Shown here piece by piece: positions 21,160 to 32,785 of a stretch of DNA of 57,067 bases (position 1 is its first letter; each line of letters opens with the position of its first letter). Location: assembly GCA_913050095.1 (NCBI GenBank), contig CAJXAV010000005.1, forward strand, positions 1-57,067. The letters run 5' to 3'. The DNA comes from an uncultured Gammaproteobacteria bacterium. GTDB lineage: Bacteria; Pseudomonadota; Gammaproteobacteria; Poriferisulfidales; GCA-002705445. Under the pieces are notes generated by a model. That model did no database searches and had not been told where the DNA came from. It saw nothing but the letters and a program-made list of their open reading frames with translations. The position numbers and the translations under genes were made by a program.

Positions 21160-21876
21160 TTAGAGAGCCTTATAAAATTTATCTTTTATGTTTTTTAAAG
21201 AAGCTAATGGGTCAATACTATCTAATACAGGTCTACCTACAACAATATAATCTGCTCCATTTTTTGCAGCAATTTCAGGCGTTACAATACGTTTTTGGTC
21301 ATTATTATTATTTTCAGATAATCTTATGCCTGGGCAAACACATATGAAATTCTTTGGATATTTTTCTTTGATTGCTTTAGCTTCTGATGCAGAACAAACT
21401 ACGCCATTCAAATTTGAATGATAACATTGATCTGTCATGCTCAATACCTGTTCTTTAACATTATTAGCGTAACCTATTTCTTTTATATCTTTATCATCCA
21501 ATGATGTCAGAATTGTTACCCCCAAGACTAGAGTGTCAAAATTATTTTGTTTTATTTCATTCATAACATTTTTCATCATATTTGTGCCGCCACTAGAATG
21601 AATATTCATCATCCATACACCTAATTTTGCTGCTGCTACAGATGATTTTATGGCTGTGGTATTTATATCATGAAATTTAAGATCTAGGAAAATTTTATAC
21701 CCTAAATGATGAAGCTTTTTTATTATATTTGGACCATAACTTACAAATAGTTCTAATCCGACTTTTAAAGCACATAATTTTGGACTAAGTTTTTTTGCTA
21801 TTGATAAAGCTTTTTCTTCATTATCACAATCTAAAGCTACAATAATTTTTGGCATGTTACTTTCTTCAAACGACAT
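21160..21876 (-). CDS. pyrF: Orotidine-5'-phosphate decarboxylase
   Basis: IIVALD, KVGLELF, FLDLKFHDI, PGIR, VVGRP. Confidence 0.96.
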   Translation of the reverse strand: MSFEESNMPKIIVALDCDNEEKALSIAKKLSPKLCALKVGLELFVSYGPNIIKKLHHLGYKIFLDLKFHDINTTAIKSSVAAAKLGVWMMNIHSSGGTNMMKNVMNEIKQNNFDTLVLGVTILTSLDDKDIKEIGYANNVKEQVLSMTDQCYHSNLNGVVCSASEAKAIKEKYPKNFICVCPGIRLSENNNNDQKRIVTPEIAAKNGADYIVVGRPVLDSIDPLASLKNIKDKFYKAL

Positions 21877-23062
21877 AGTGATCAGTCTTATGTTTATTTA
21901 AGATTTTCCTTTTTATTGATGACCAGTTCTGGCAACTTGGGCATTGCCAGTAATGCGTAATACTTTTAAATCCGCAATTTATACATTCGTGAGTAGATTC
22001 TTTCGCCTTGTAGGAATCTAAGCATTTTTTAATGTTATTTAAGCTTTTATTATCAAATGCTATTTTATTTTTATCTATTAGATCAAGATATTCAGATAAC
22101 TGAGTTAAAGTTGCATTACCCTTGCGAAATTCTTCTTCATATAGGTTTGTTATATCAATATTACTTATCTCATCTTTACTTTCAGAATTTAAATATGAGT
22201 ACAAATCTATAGGATTAGCCACATCTGATATATTTTTTATAAATGTAAAAAAGTTTTCTTTTCTTTCAAGTGAGTTGTATGTATTTTTGAGTTTCTTGAT
22301 AACTAAATATGAGTTTTCTTCATAATTTTCATATACAAAGAGGTACCTTTTTAGTGCACTAGAAAAATCTCTATTTAAAAAGTATAAATCACCTTGCAGC
22401 ATTGAAGCTCGAAAAGAATTTTTATTACAATTTAATGCCTTATTAATATACTTTTTTGCTTTCTCACTTCTTTCATGGGTTGGTGCGATTAACTCTAATT
22501 CTGCTAATTCACAATAATAATGAGATAATATATCTGAATAATCTTTTTTATTAATTGATTGTATCTTTGTTGTAATTTCAATTGCTTTCTTCCAGTCTTT
22601 TTCACTTTCGTATATTTCTTTAAGATAATTTAATATTTCAGCAGGAGAATCAACTTCCGAAGATAATCTTGATAAGATAAGTTCGGCCCTATCTAGAAAA
22701 CCTGCTTTTAAGAAATCTTTTGCTAATTCTAGAGAACATTCATTTTTAAAATCAGGTTTTAACTCAGGTCTCGCAATTAAATTTTGGTGTATTCTAATAG
22801 CTCTATCAACTTCTCCTCTATTTCTAAATAAATTTCCAAGAATAATATGTGTTTCTGCTGTGTCTTGGTTTAATCCCACCATTGACATAAATTTATCTAA
22901 AGCTTTATCATGTTGCTCTGATAATAAATAATTCATACTTTGTAAATATTCCAAAGGAATTGAATCTTTTTTTTTCTTGTAAAATGACTTTACCGATATA
23001 TAGAATAGTATCGCTGAAACTATTATTATCACTAAAATTATTGTTGAAATTGCAATATACAT
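21866..23062 (-). CDS. lapB: LPS assembly protein B (TPR repeats plus C-terminal rubredoxin)
   Basis: LGNLFRNRGEVDRAIRIHQNL, C-terminal CINCGF...WQCPSCQNW; synteny ihfB-lapA-lapB-pyrF. Confidence 0.93.
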   Translation of the reverse strand: MYIAISTIILVIIIVSAILFYISVKSFYKKKKDSIPLEYLQSMNYLLSEQHDKALDKFMSMVGLNQDTAETHIILGNLFRNRGEVDRAIRIHQNLIARPELKPDFKNECSLELAKDFLKAGFLDRAELILSRLSSEVDSPAEILNYLKEIYESEKDWKKAIEITTKIQSINKKDYSDILSHYYCELAELELIAPTHERSEKAKKYINKALNCNKNSFRASMLQGDLYFLNRDFSSALKRYLFVYENYEENSYLVIKKLKNTYNSLERKENFFTFIKNISDVANPIDLYSYLNSESKDEISNIDITNLYEEEFRKGNATLTQLSEYLDLIDKNKIAFDNKSLNNIKKCLDSYKAKESTHECINCGFKSITHYWQCPSCQNWSSIKRKILNKHKTDHYVV

Positions 23063-23065
23063 TTT

Positions 23066-23356
23066 TTACTCTTGTATTGGAATTCTTCTTAAATTTTGAA
23101 CTTCTTTATTGATCAGGTCATGATCTTTCTTTAATTTTTTATATTTCTTTCTCATGCTTAACAATAAACCAATCAAAAAAAATAAAGATATAAGCACGCC
23201 AAAAATCATTGCTATAAATAGTGCTACTCCAAATGGAATTTCAGAAAACTGTATGATATTAAAATCTATTGTATAGGGAATATTGTTATAATAAACAACT
23301 ACAACGCTGATTACGCTCATTAATATTGCTAAAATTAAAGATAAAATTCTAAACAT
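23066..23356 (-). CDS. lapA: LPS assembly protein A
   Basis: Two TM segments and C-terminal EVQNLRRIP; lies between ihfB and lapB. Confidence 0.8.
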   Translation of the reverse strand: MFRILSLILAILMSVISVVVVYYNNIPYTIDFNIIQFSEIPFGVALFIAMIFGVLISLFFLIGLLLSMRKKYKKLKKDHDLINKEVQNLRRIPIQE

Positions 23357-23400
23357 ACAATTAAAATATTATTCATATATATACTATTATATGTTTTTTA

Positions 23401-23715
23401 TTAATCTATGTCCTGTGAATTATTTATTCTATTTCGTAAAACCTTACCAGGCTTAAAATGAGCTGCATTTTTCCCTGGTAATGATACTGAGTCACCTGTT
23501 TTAGGATTTCTGCCTATTCTTGGCTTCCTAAAATGCACGGAGAAGCTGCCAAACCCTCTAACCTCTGTTCTATCGCCCTGAGATAATGAATCTATAATTT
23601 TTTCAATTAATGTTTTGACTGAAAGCTCAACATCTTTATTACCAAGTTGAGGTAATTTTGCTGAAATTTTATCGATTAATTCAGATTTTGTTATAGATTC
23701 TCTTTTTTCATCCAT
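23401..23715 (-). CDS. ihfB: Integration host factor beta subunit
   Basis: TKSELI, EVRGFGSFS, GRNPKTG, HFKPGK; follows rpsA. Confidence 0.96.
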   Translation of the reverse strand: MDEKRESITKSELIDKISAKLPQLGNKDVELSVKTLIEKIIDSLSQGDRTEVRGFGSFSVHFRKPRIGRNPKTGDSVSLPGKNAAHFKPGKVLRNRINNSQDID

Positions 23716-23752
23716 AGCGACTTTCCTAAAAATTTATATCAATCGTAGAGCA

Positions 23753-25411
23753 TTATTTATCTATATGTTCTTTTAATATATCCCCTAGAGAACTTCCAAC
23801 TGATTCATTATTTTTATTATACTCATCTAATGCCTGGTCCTCATTTTTCTTAACCAACGCTTTCATAGATAAGTTTATTGATTGATTTTTTTTATCAATA
23901 TTGATTATCATTAAATCTAATTCTTCACCTTCTTGCATTGAATCAACATTTTTATCATCGGCTAACTCTGATAATTTTAGAGTCCCAGAAACATCATCGT
24001 TTAACATAATTGTTAAAGATTTAGGTGTTTTTTCTATTATTTTACCAGTAACTTTTGAACCTTTTTGGTTGGACTGTATATATTCTTGAAATTTATTAAC
24101 TGTTAGCTGCTTCACACCTAGCGAAATCCTTTCTCGATCAGTATCAGCCGAAATTAAAACTGTTTTTAATTCATCACCTTTTTTATAGTTTCTTACAGCA
24201 ACATCTCCGCTTTCTGTCCAAGATAAATCAGATAGATGCACTAAACCATCTATTCCATCATCTAGACCTATAAATATACCGAAATCTGTTATAGATTTTA
24301 TTTTTCCAGATATAATTTCTCCAACTTCATGGCTATCAATAAATTTTGTCCATGGGTTTGGCAAGCATTGTTTAATTCCTAAGGATATTCTTCTTCTTTC
24401 TGGGTCTATATCTAATATCATAACTTCAATTTCTTGCCCAATAGTCACCAACTTTTCAGGATTTGCATTTTTGTTAGTCCAATCCATCTCTGAAACATGT
24501 ACTAGACCTTCTACTCCATTATGTATTTCTACAAAGCAACCATAGTCTGCGATATTAGTGATTTTTCCCTTTAATTTTGATCCTTCTGGGTGAGCCTTGC
24601 TAATTTCAAACCATGGATCTTCATTAAGTTGTTTTAATCCCAGAGAGACTCTTGTTTTTTCTTTGTCAAATTTTAAAACTTTAACTTCTATTTCGTCTCC
24701 AATGTTTATAAGTTCCGATGGATGCCTAACTCTTTTCCATGCCATATCTGTAATATGCAATAATCCATCGACACCACCTAAATCTAGAAATGCACCATAG
24801 TCAGTTATATTTTTAACAATTCCTTTAACAATTGATCCTTCTTCTAAGTTTGATATTAGCTCATCTCTTTCTTCGCTATTTTCGGATTCTAGTACAGCTT
24901 TTCTGGAAACAACAACATTATTTCTTTTTTTGTCTATTTTAATAACTATAAATTCTAAATCTTTTCCTTCCAAATAAGTTGTTTCTCTAACTGGCCTAAC
25001 ATCAACTAAAGAACCGGGTAGAAATGCCTTAATATCGGCTAAATCAACTGTGAAACCACCTTTAACCTTGCCTGTAATCCTACCTTCTAAAATTTTCTTT
25101 TCTTCAAAAGCTTCTGATAGTGAAACCCAAGCTCTTGCTTTTTTTGCTTTTTCTCTTGATAACTTCGTCTCTCCGAAACCATCTTCTATTGCATCTACAG
25201 TCACTTCAACAGTGTCGCCTTCCTGAACTTCTACTTTTCCATCAAAACCTATAAATTGATCAATTGGAATCATACCTTCAGATTTAAGACCTGCATTTAC
25301 AATAACTAAATCTTTTTTTACATCGATAACAGTGCCCATTACAATGGCTCCTGCCTTAACTTGAAGTTTAGAAATACTTTCTTCTAATAAAATTGAAAAA
25401 TCTTCACTCAT
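23753..25411 (-). CDS. rpsA: 30S ribosomal protein S1
   Basis: Repeated S1 domains ([51 protein letters not shown]). Confidence 0.98.
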   Translation of the reverse strand: MSEDFSILLEESISKLQVKAGAIVMGTVIDVKKDLVIVNAGLKSEGMIPIDQFIGFDGKVEVQEGDTVEVTVDAIEDGFGETKLSREKAKKARAWVSLSEAFEEKKILEGRITGKVKGGFTVDLADIKAFLPGSLVDVRPVRETTYLEGKDLEFIVIKIDKKRNNVVVSRKAVLESENSEERDELISNLEEGSIVKGIVKNITDYGAFLDLGGVDGLLHITDMAWKRVRHPSELINIGDEIEVKVLKFDKEKTRVSLGLKQLNEDPWFEISKAHPEGSKLKGKITNIADYGCFVEIHNGVEGLVHVSEMDWTNKNANPEKLVTIGQEIEVMILDIDPERRRISLGIKQCLPNPWTKFIDSHEVGEIISGKIKSITDFGIFIGLDDGIDGLVHLSDLSWTESGDVAVRNYKKGDELKTVLISADTDRERISLGVKQLTVNKFQEYIQSNQKGSKVTGKIIEKTPKSLTIMLNDDVSGTLKLSELADDKNVDSMQEGEELDLMIINIDKKNQSINLSMKALVKKNEDQALDEYNKNNESVGSSLGDILKEHIDK

Positions 25412-26093
25412 ATATTTTACGTTTTCTCTTATTTATAATGTTTATAGTTTTATCAAATACCTCAGATACACTAATATCACTTGTGTCTATAATTACTGCA
25501 TCTTTAGCTGGCATTAGAGGAGAATTAATTCTCTCCATGTCAGCCTTATCTCTTAACATAAGTTTATGTATGAGGTTCGGCAAGTTAGCACTAATTCCTT
25601 GATCTTTCAACTGATTTAATCGCCTTTCTGCCCTTTTTTCAACTGAGGCAGTCAAATAAAACTTAATATTTGCTTCTCTAAAGACTTTTGTGCCCATATC
25701 TCTTCCATCTGCTACCAAGCCAGAGCCATCTAGATAATTTCTCTGATAAACTTCCAGCATATCTCTTGCACGCTTATCTTTTGCTATTTTAGAAGCTAAA
25801 ATCGCAACCTGCTCTGTTCTTATCTTCTCAGAATAATCCTCGCCATTGACAAATATTTGAAATTTCTGCCCTTTAATATATTTAAAATCAATAATAATAT
25901 CATTCGTCCATTGGTCTAAATTTTCTAAAACCGTGTCAAAATTATTATTTTTTTCATATAGCTTTAAAGCCAAAGATCTATATAAAGATCCACTATCTAA
26001 ATATTTATAACCAAACTTTTCGGCAACCATCATAGCTATTGTTCCTTTACCAACTCCGCTAGGTCCATCAAAAGTTATTATGTTTGAGCTCAA
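25404..26093 (-). CDS. cmk: Cytidylate kinase
   Basis: [26 protein letters not shown]; between aroA and rpsA. Confidence 0.96.
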   Translation of the reverse strand: MSSNIITFDGPSGVGKGTIAMMVAEKFGYKYLDSGSLYRSLALKLYEKNNNFDTVLENLDQWTNDIIIDFKYIKGQKFQIFVNGEDYSEKIRTEQVAILASKIAKDKRARDMLEVYQRNYLDGSGLVADGRDMGTKVFREANIKFYLTASVEKRAERRLNQLKDQGISANLPNLIHKLMLRDKADMERINSPLMPAKDAVIIDTSDISVSEVFDKTINIINKRKRKIYE

Positions 26094-27400
26094 ATAACTC
26101 TCCTATCAATATTTAAACCTATATCTTTAGTTAACTTGAAAAAATCTGGAAATGAGGTTGAAACGTTTTCTGTATTCATAATTGTCATAGTTCCTTTAGA
26201 AACTAAACCTGCTATTGCGAACGACATGGCAATTCTATGGTCGCTGAAACTATCAATAACAGCACCACTAATTTTACCTCCTGTAATATCAATGCCGTCA
26301 TGATATAACTTGTTTTCAATTTTACATTTTTTTAAACCTTCAGACATTGCATATAATCTATCACTTTCTTTATGCCTTAATTCTTCTGCATTTCTAAGTA
26401 TTGTTTTCCCTTCAGCTAAAGATGCCGCAATAAATATTATTGGAAATTCATCTATAGCACTTGCTATATAATTACTTGGAATTTTAATACCATTTAGCTT
26501 TGAAGATTTAACATTAATATCACCTACTTGCTCTGGACCATAATTTTTAAGATTACTAATTTCAATTTCAGCACCCATCATTTTAAGTATTTCTAAACCG
26601 CCAATTCTTAATTTATTCAAACCAATATTTTTGAGTGTTATTTTTGAGTTTTTAGAAATTAGACATCCTACAATTATGAACATTGCTGATGAAATGTCTC
26701 CGGGGACATCAATATCTTTAGATAATAAAGCATTTCTGGGATTTACAGTTACCATATTATTATTATTCTCAATATTTCCACCAAGAAAATTTATTATGTT
26801 TTCTGTATGATCTCTGGTAGAAATATTTTCTATAATACTAGTATTATCTCTTGCATATAAACTTGCTAAAATTATGGATGATTTAATTTGAGCGCTATCA
26901 ATTGGCATTTTATATTCAATTGCTGATATTTTTTTTGAAGGTTTTATAATTATTGGAGATGTTCCTTTGCTTGAAGTCTTAATATTTGCTCCCATTAGTG
27001 TTAATGGAGAAGAAATTCTTTCCATTGGCCTACTGCTTAATGAATCATCACCTATTAATTCACTAGAAAAATTTTGAGCACTAAGTAATCCACATAGTAA
27101 CCTCATGCTTGTACCAGAGTTTCCACAATTCAACTTATTTTTTGGTTTCAATAATCCATACAGTCCTTTACCGTGAACAGTATATGAATTATCTTTATTC
27201 CTATTAATAACGACACCTAGCATTTTAAAGATTTCTAATGTAGCCAAGCAATCATCAGACTCTAATAAACCTGTGATATTTCCAACTCCTTCAGAAATAG
27301 ATAATAAAATCAGTGATCTATGAGAAATTGATTTGTCACCAGGGACGTGGGTTATTCCGCTTATGCTATCTGATGGATTTACTATAAACTGTTCTGGCAT
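26090..27400 (-). CDS. aroA: EPSP synthase (class II-like)
   Basis: PGDKSISHR, GNSGTSMRL, SAQIKS, RDHTE, ELRHKESDR, DHRIAMSF. Confidence 0.97.
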   Translation of the reverse strand: MPEQFIVNPSDSISGITHVPGDKSISHRSLILLSISEGVGNITGLLESDDCLATLEIFKMLGVVINRNKDNSYTVHGKGLYGLLKPKNKLNCGNSGTSMRLLCGLLSAQNFSSELIGDDSLSSRPMERISSPLTLMGANIKTSSKGTSPIIIKPSKKISAIEYKMPIDSAQIKSSIILASLYARDNTSIIENISTRDHTENIINFLGGNIENNNNMVTVNPRNALLSKDIDVPGDISSAMFIIVGCLISKNSKITLKNIGLNKLRIGGLEILKMMGAEIEISNLKNYGPEQVGDINVKSSKLNGIKIPSNYIASAIDEFPIIFIAASLAEGKTILRNAEELRHKESDRLYAMSEGLKKCKIENKLYHDGIDITGGKISGAVIDSFSDHRIAMSFAIAGLVSKGTMTIMNTENVSTSFPDFFKLTKDIGLNIDRRVI

Positions 27401-27401
27401 G

Positions 27402-28292
27402 TTATTTAAGGGGTTTGGATTTTTTTAGGTAAGATATTAGCTCATCAGTATCTTTTTTATTTATCAAAAGTTTTAGTTTCTCTAACTCCAAAATATAATT
27501 ATCTAAGAAATTTTGGATTTGAGAACTGTTAGATGAAAAAATATTTGCCCAAGCTTCTGCATCACTATTTGCAATTCTTAGCATATCTGAAAGGCTTCCT
27601 TTATTTGGATAAGCCCAAGGAAAGTCTTGAAAATTATAATTCTTAGAGTCTTTCAAAATTTTTGATAAAGAAAATGAAATAAAATGAGGCACATGACTAA
27701 ATGCAGCCAATATTTCATCATGATCATAATCATTTATTTTAGATACATTACAATCTATTGATTTCCAAAAATCATTTATACATTCAAAATTTTTATTATT
27801 TGTAGTTATTAATTTATTTTTTGTAAGGGGACTAACTAATACGGTTGCATTTTTAAATAGATCAGCTTGAGAATTTTTAATACCATAATTTTCTGTTCCA
27901 GCCATGGGGTGAGAAAAAATAAAATTATTTATATTTTCAATGTCATTATCTTTAAAATATTTTTTTATTATATTTTTTGTACTTAATGTATCAGTAAATA
28001 TTTTCTCCGTATTAAAAAAATTACTTGCTGAATCAAGTATTTTATTAATTTCTTTTACAGGAACACAAAAAATTATAATATCAGATTTTTGAATAGAATT
28101 TTTTAGATTATATTCAATCTCGTCTACATAATCTTTTTTTATCGCATAGTCCATTACTTCTTCATTCGAATCATGGCCAATAATTTTTTCATATTTTTTG
28201 CCATCTTTAAGAGTCCTACACAAGGATGCACCAATTAAACCTAATCCTATAACTAAAATATTTTTGTTAGATTTTTTTAATTTATTAGACAT
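27402..28292 (-). CDS. tyrA: Prephenate/cyclohexadienyl dehydrogenase
   Basis: GLGLIG Rossmann motif, SHPMAGTE, HD...SHVPH. Start placed at the ATG at 28292 just after the pheA stop (ORF track 28325). Confidence 0.88.
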   Translation of the reverse strand: MSNKLKKSNKNILVIGLGLIGASLCRTLKDGKKYEKIIGHDSNEEVMDYAIKKDYVDEIEYNLKNSIQKSDIIIFCVPVKEINKILDSASNFFNTEKIFTDTLSTKNIIKKYFKDNDIENINNFIFSHPMAGTENYGIKNSQADLFKNATVLVSPLTKNKLITTNNKNFECINDFWKSIDCNVSKINDYDHDEILAAFSHVPHFISFSLSKILKDSKNYNFQDFPWAYPNKGSLSDMLRIANSDAEAWANIFSSNSSQIQNFLDNYILELEKLKLLINKKDTDELISYLKKSKPLK

Positions 28293-28293
28293 T

Positions 28294-29376
28294 TTATTTT
28301 CGATGTGCAGCTGGGTATGAGCCAAGAAATCTGTATAAGCTAGCTTCTTCTTTTATTGCATCATTTGCTTTTTGTAATGATTTATCTTTAATATGGCCAT
28401 CCAAATCTAAATAAAATATATATTCCCAGTTATTATGTTTTGAAGGCCTTGATTCAATTCTAGTCATGCTTACATTATGTTTTGATAGCGGCTCTAATAA
28501 TCCATATAGAGCGCCAGAGTTATTTTTTGTAGAGACAATAATACTTGTTTTGTCGTTACCTGATGGCTCTGTGTCTCTATCACCTATAACTAAAAATCTT
28601 GTTGAATTATTGAGATTGTCTTCAATATTTTTACTAATGATATTTAATTTATATATCTCAGAGGCAGCTTCACTTGCGATTGCAGCAGTTTTTTCTTCCT
28701 TGGACGCAATTAATGCTGCTTCAGCATTAGATGAAGAATTAATCTTCTCGCACTCAGGCATATTTTTCTCAATCCATTCTTTGCACTGCGAAAAGGACTG
28801 TGGATGCGCATAAAGCTTCTTTATATTATTTAATTTTTCTGACGAAGATAAAATATTGTGATGTATAGATATTTCTATTTCACCAGAAATTTTAAGCGAA
28901 GATTTCATAAACATATCTAGGGTCGATGAAACTATACCTTGAGTTGAATTTTCTACTGGGACAACACCATAATGGGAGTCTCTTTTTTCAACAGAAGAAA
29001 ACACTTCATCTACAGAAACGTGTGGGATTGATAATACAGATTTACCGAAATGATTTTGGGTTGCTTGTTGTGTATATGTGCCCTTAGGTCCAAGATATGA
29101 AACTTTTAAAGGTGCTTCTAATGATAAACATGAAGACATAATCTCTCTATAAAGCTTTACAATATTTTCATTTGACAAAGGACCTTTATTCAGTTCTTTT
29201 ATGCGTCTTAAAACTTTTGCTTCTCGCTCAGGATTATAAAAATTATCTATAGGTTCATTTTTTTCTTTTTCCTTAGATATATTTACTGCTTCCTGAGCTC
29301 TTTGGTTTAAAAGAGATATAATTTCTTCATCTAAAGAATCTATTTTTTTCCTAATTTTTTTTATATCTTCACTCAT
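28294..29376 (-). CDS. pheA: Chorismate mutase / prephenate dehydratase (P-protein)
   Basis: N-terminal RKKIDSLD CM domain, YLGPKGTY, VVPVENS, NSTRFLVI, ACT domain IESRPS. Confidence 0.96.
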   Translation of the reverse strand: MSEDIKKIRKKIDSLDEEIISLLNQRAQEAVNISKEKEKNEPIDNFYNPEREAKVLRRIKELNKGPLSNENIVKLYREIMSSCLSLEAPLKVSYLGPKGTYTQQATQNHFGKSVLSIPHVSVDEVFSSVEKRDSHYGVVPVENSTQGIVSSTLDMFMKSSLKISGEIEISIHHNILSSSEKLNNIKKLYAHPQSFSQCKEWIEKNMPECEKINSSSNAEAALIASKEEKTAAIASEAASEIYKLNIISKNIEDNLNNSTRFLVIGDRDTEPSGNDKTSIIVSTKNNSGALYGLLEPLSKHNVSMTRIESRPSKHNNWEYIFYLDLDGHIKDKSLQKANDAIKEEASLYRFLGSYPAAHRK

Positions 29377-29391
29377 AATAAATTTTTTTTA

Positions 29392-31944
29392 TTACTCAAT
29401 TTTATCTTCTTCAACTTTTTCTATTTGTGATAATTTCTCATTTTTACCCATTTTTTGCAATTTAACTCCTTGCGTATTTCTTCCTAATTGTCTTATATCC
29501 TTAATAAAAGTTCTTACTAAAGTACCATGATCTGTTATCAACATTAAATCATCATTTTCATTAACTTTTAAAGCGCCAACAACTTTTCCATTTCGATCAG
29601 ATGTTTTAACAGCAATATTGCCTTTTCCTGACCTTTTCTGTATTGAAAATTCATTTAATCCAGTTCTTTTTCCATATCCATTTTCTGTTGCAATCAAAAT
29701 ATCATCTGCGTCATCTTGATCACTAGTAATCATGCTTATAACACTATGGTCTTTACCTAAAGTAATACCTTTAACTCCAGCCGCACTTCTTCCAACACAT
29801 GTGACATCAATTTCATTAAATCTAATTGCTTTACCTGCGCTTGAAAATAACATTATTTGCTTTTTACCATTGGTAACACATGCCTCTATTAAACTATCTC
29901 CATCCTTTAAATTTATTGCTATCAAACCAGAAGATCTAGGTCTTGAAAAGTCAGACAATTTTGTCTTTTTTATAATTCCATTACTTGTTGCCATTAAAAC
30001 ATATAGATTTTCATCATAACTACTTATCTTTTCAATAGCCGTGATTTTTTCAAATTGCGCGAGTGAAAGAATATTCACAATTGCTTTTCCTTTTGCAGAC
30101 CTTCCTGATTGGGGAATGTCATAAACTTTAAGCCAATAAACTTTTCCTAGGCTTGAAAAGCATAAAATCGTATCGTGAGAATTTGCTACAAAAAGTTTCT
30201 CAATAAAATCCTCATCTTTAACTTTAGCCGCAATCTTACCCCTCCCGCCTCTTTTTTGGGAACTATAAGAATCTACTGGTTGGGCTTTTACGTAGCCAGC
30301 ATTTGACAATGTGACGACTAAATCTTCTTCTTTAGTTAAATCTTCTTTTGAGAAACTTACAAATTTTTTAAATTGCGTTTTTCTTTCGTCACCATAAACT
30401 TTTTTTATTTCCTTTAGCTCCTCTCTTATTAAATCCATTAAAATTTTATTATCACTTAAAATCAACTGATATTTTTTAATAGAATCTATGAGCTCTTTAT
30501 AATCTAACAATATTTTATCTTGTTCTAGCGCAGTTAGCCTGCTTAATTTCATCTCTAATATTGCTTGCGCCTGATTTTCTGATAACAAATATTTATCTTT
30601 TTGCAATCCTAATCCGTCACTTAAGTCTTCAGGTTTTGTTAAGGAACCTTTTGATGAATCAAGCATTTTTAATATTAGTCCAGCATTCCATTTCTTAGAT
30701 AAAAGCTTTGATTTAGCATCATTAGAATTTTTTGAATTCTTGATTAAATTAATAATTTCATCAATGTTTGAGAGTGCTACAGCTAGACCTTCAAGGATAT
30801 GAGCTTTCTCTCTTGCTTTTCTCAATTCAAATATAGTTCTTCTTGTAACTATTTCTTTTCTATGTTCAATAAAAGCAATTAATATTTCTCTAAGATTTAC
30901 TGTTTTTGGTTTGCCATCGATTAGTGCGACCATATTGATACTAAAAGATGTTCTCATTTGTGTTTGCTGAAATAAATTATTCAAAAGCACTTCTGACATT
31001 TCAGATTTTTTTAATTCAATAACAATTCTCATTCCGTCTTTATCTGACTCGTCTCTTAACTCAGAAATACCTTCGAGTTTTTTATCCCTTACAAGTTCTG
31101 CAATTTTTTCTATCAGGCGAGCTTTATTTACTTGATAAGGTAGTTCTGTAACTATGATTTTTTCTCTAGAATTTTTTTTATCTGTTTCTATATGAGTTTG
31201 TGCCTGCATAATTACCCTGCCCTTTCCATTTTTATAAGCAGATTCAATACCGTTCGTATCGTTTTTTTCTGTAGTAATTATTCCTGCAGTTGGAAAGTCA
31301 GGTCCAGGTATGAATTTCATTAGTTCGTTTATTGACATTTCTGGTTTCTTACTGAGTTCTATCACAGCATCAATAACTTCTGTTAAATTATGTGGAGGAA
31401 TATTTGTTGCCATACCAACAGCAATACCAGATGATCCATTTACAAGTAAATTTGGAACTCTTGTTGGAAGAACTACTGGTTCGATTTCTGTTTCATCATA
31501 ATTTGGTCTGAAGTCTACAGTTTCTTTATCTAAATCAGAAAGAAGCTCATGTGATAATTTTGCCATCCTCACTTCTGTGTATCTCATTGCAGCAGGAGAA
31601 TCTCCATCTATAGACCCAAAATTTCCCTGGCCATCAACAAGAATATATCTCATAGAAAAATCCTGAGCCATTCTTACAATTGTATCGTATGCGGCAGTGT
31701 CGCCATGTGGATGGTATTTACCTATAACGTCACCAACAACTCTTGCTGATTTTTTATAAGGTTTATTTGAATAATTACCCATTGAATCCATTGCGTATAA
31801 AACTCTACGATGAACAGGTTTTAAACCATCTCTTATATCTGGCAAAGCTCTGCCAATAATTACGCTCATCGCATAATCTAAATACGCTTCTTTTGTTTCT
31901 TTTTCTATAGGAACTGGTTTAAGTTCTTTTGCAAAATCTACCAT
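29392..31944 (-). CDS. gyrA: DNA gyrase subunit A
   Basis: [27 protein letters not shown], GyrA box QKRGGRG. Confidence 0.98.
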   Translation of the reverse strand: MVDFAKELKPVPIEKETKEAYLDYAMSVIIGRALPDIRDGLKPVHRRVLYAMDSMGNYSNKPYKKSARVVGDVIGKYHPHGDTAAYDTIVRMAQDFSMRYILVDGQGNFGSIDGDSPAAMRYTEVRMAKLSHELLSDLDKETVDFRPNYDETEIEPVVLPTRVPNLLVNGSSGIAVGMATNIPPHNLTEVIDAVIELSKKPEMSINELMKFIPGPDFPTAGIITTEKNDTNGIESAYKNGKGRVIMQAQTHIETDKKNSREKIIVTELPYQVNKARLIEKIAELVRDKKLEGISELRDESDKDGMRIVIELKKSEMSEVLLNNLFQQTQMRTSFSINMVALIDGKPKTVNLREILIAFIEHRKEIVTRRTIFELRKAREKAHILEGLAVALSNIDEIINLIKNSKNSNDAKSKLLSKKWNAGLILKMLDSSKGSLTKPEDLSDGLGLQKDKYLLSENQAQAILEMKLSRLTALEQDKILLDYKELIDSIKKYQLILSDNKILMDLIREELKEIKKVYGDERKTQFKKFVSFSKEDLTKEEDLVVTLSNAGYVKAQPVDSYSSQKRGGRGKIAAKVKDEDFIEKLFVANSHDTILCFSSLGKVYWLKVYDIPQSGRSAKGKAIVNILSLAQFEKITAIEKISSYDENLYVLMATSNGIIKKTKLSDFSRPRSSGLIAINLKDGDSLIEACVTNGKKQIMLFSSAGKAIRFNEIDVTCVGRSAAGVKGITLGKDHSVISMITSDQDDADDILIATENGYGKRTGLNEFSIQKRSGKGNIAVKTSDRNGKVVGALKVNENDDLMLITDHGTLVRTFIKDIRQLGRNTQGVKLQKMGKNEKLSQIEKVEEDKIE

Positions 31945-31980
31945 TTTGACTCTATAAATTAACTAATTGGAATGAGTTAT

Positions 31981-31989
31981 ATTCTAGCA
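31981..31989 (-). promoter_or_regulatory. Extended -10 element upstream of gyrA
   Basis: Minus strand TG-C-TAGAAT about 40 bp before the gyrA start. Confidence 0.4.
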
Positions 31990-32086
31990 TGACAAGGCTT
32001 TTTTCACTAGATTAACAGTAAAAAAATGGTTAAAAATAGACGCTCATATTAATGATAATATCGAATATTTATTATAGTATTAACAG

Positions 32087-32785
32087 ATGAATATAGACAA
32101 TAAAGAAGTACAAAAATTTAATGATATTTCTTATAGCTGGTGGGATCCAGAAGGCCCATTTAAACCCCTTCATATGCTTAATCCGGTAAGGACTAATTTT
32201 ATTAAAAAAAGAGTAAATATTCAAAACAAATCAATTATAGACGTAGGTTGTGGTGGTGGACTGCTATGCGAAAATTTATCAACAGATAATAACATAGTCA
32301 AAGGCATTGATATGTCAAAAGATGCAATAGAAATAGCAAAAGCACATCAAACTATAAAAAATTTGAATATAGATTATCAAAATACTAGCCTTGAAGAACT
32401 AATAAAAGAAACAAACAAAAAATATGACGTCCTAACCTGCTTAGAGCTTGTTGAACATGTGCCAAATCCGGAGAAGCTAATTAGTGATTGCGTAAAAATA
32501 ACTAAAAAAAATTCAGATTTATTTTTTTCAACTCTTAACAGGAATTTAACCTCATATTTGATATCTATTATAGGAGCGGAATATATATTAAATATCTTAC
32601 CAAAAGGAACTCATGACTATAAATCATTTATTAAGCCTTCCGAATTTTGTGAAATTTTAAGAAAACATTCTTTGGAGGTAATAAGTATTAAAGGTATTAG
32701 TTTAAATATATTTAGTAAAAAGTTTTTTGAGTCTAGTAATCCAAATATTAACTATATTTTGCATTGTAGAAAAATAAATGATTAA
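32087..32785 (+). CDS. ubiG: Ubiquinone biosynthesis O-methyltransferase
   Basis: WWDPEGPFKPLHMLNPVR, DVGCGGG, LPKGTHDY..FIKPSE; divergent from gyrA. Confidence 0.96.
   Translation: MNIDNKEVQKFNDISYSWWDPEGPFKPLHMLNPVRTNFIKKRVNIQNKSIIDVGCGGGLLCENLSTDNNIVKGIDMSKDAIEIAKAHQTIKNLNIDYQNTSLEELIKETNKKYDVLTCLELVEHVPNPEKLISDCVKITKKNSDLFFSTLNRNLTSYLISIIGAEYILNILPKGTHDYKSFIKPSEFCEILRKHSLEVISIKGISLNIFSKKFFESSNPNINYILHCRKIND

Noticed and set aside
31680-31715. GyrA Thr at the Ser83-equivalent position as quinolone resistance
   Set aside because: Thr is a natural wild-type residue in many Proteobacteria, and the Asp87 equivalent is intact.
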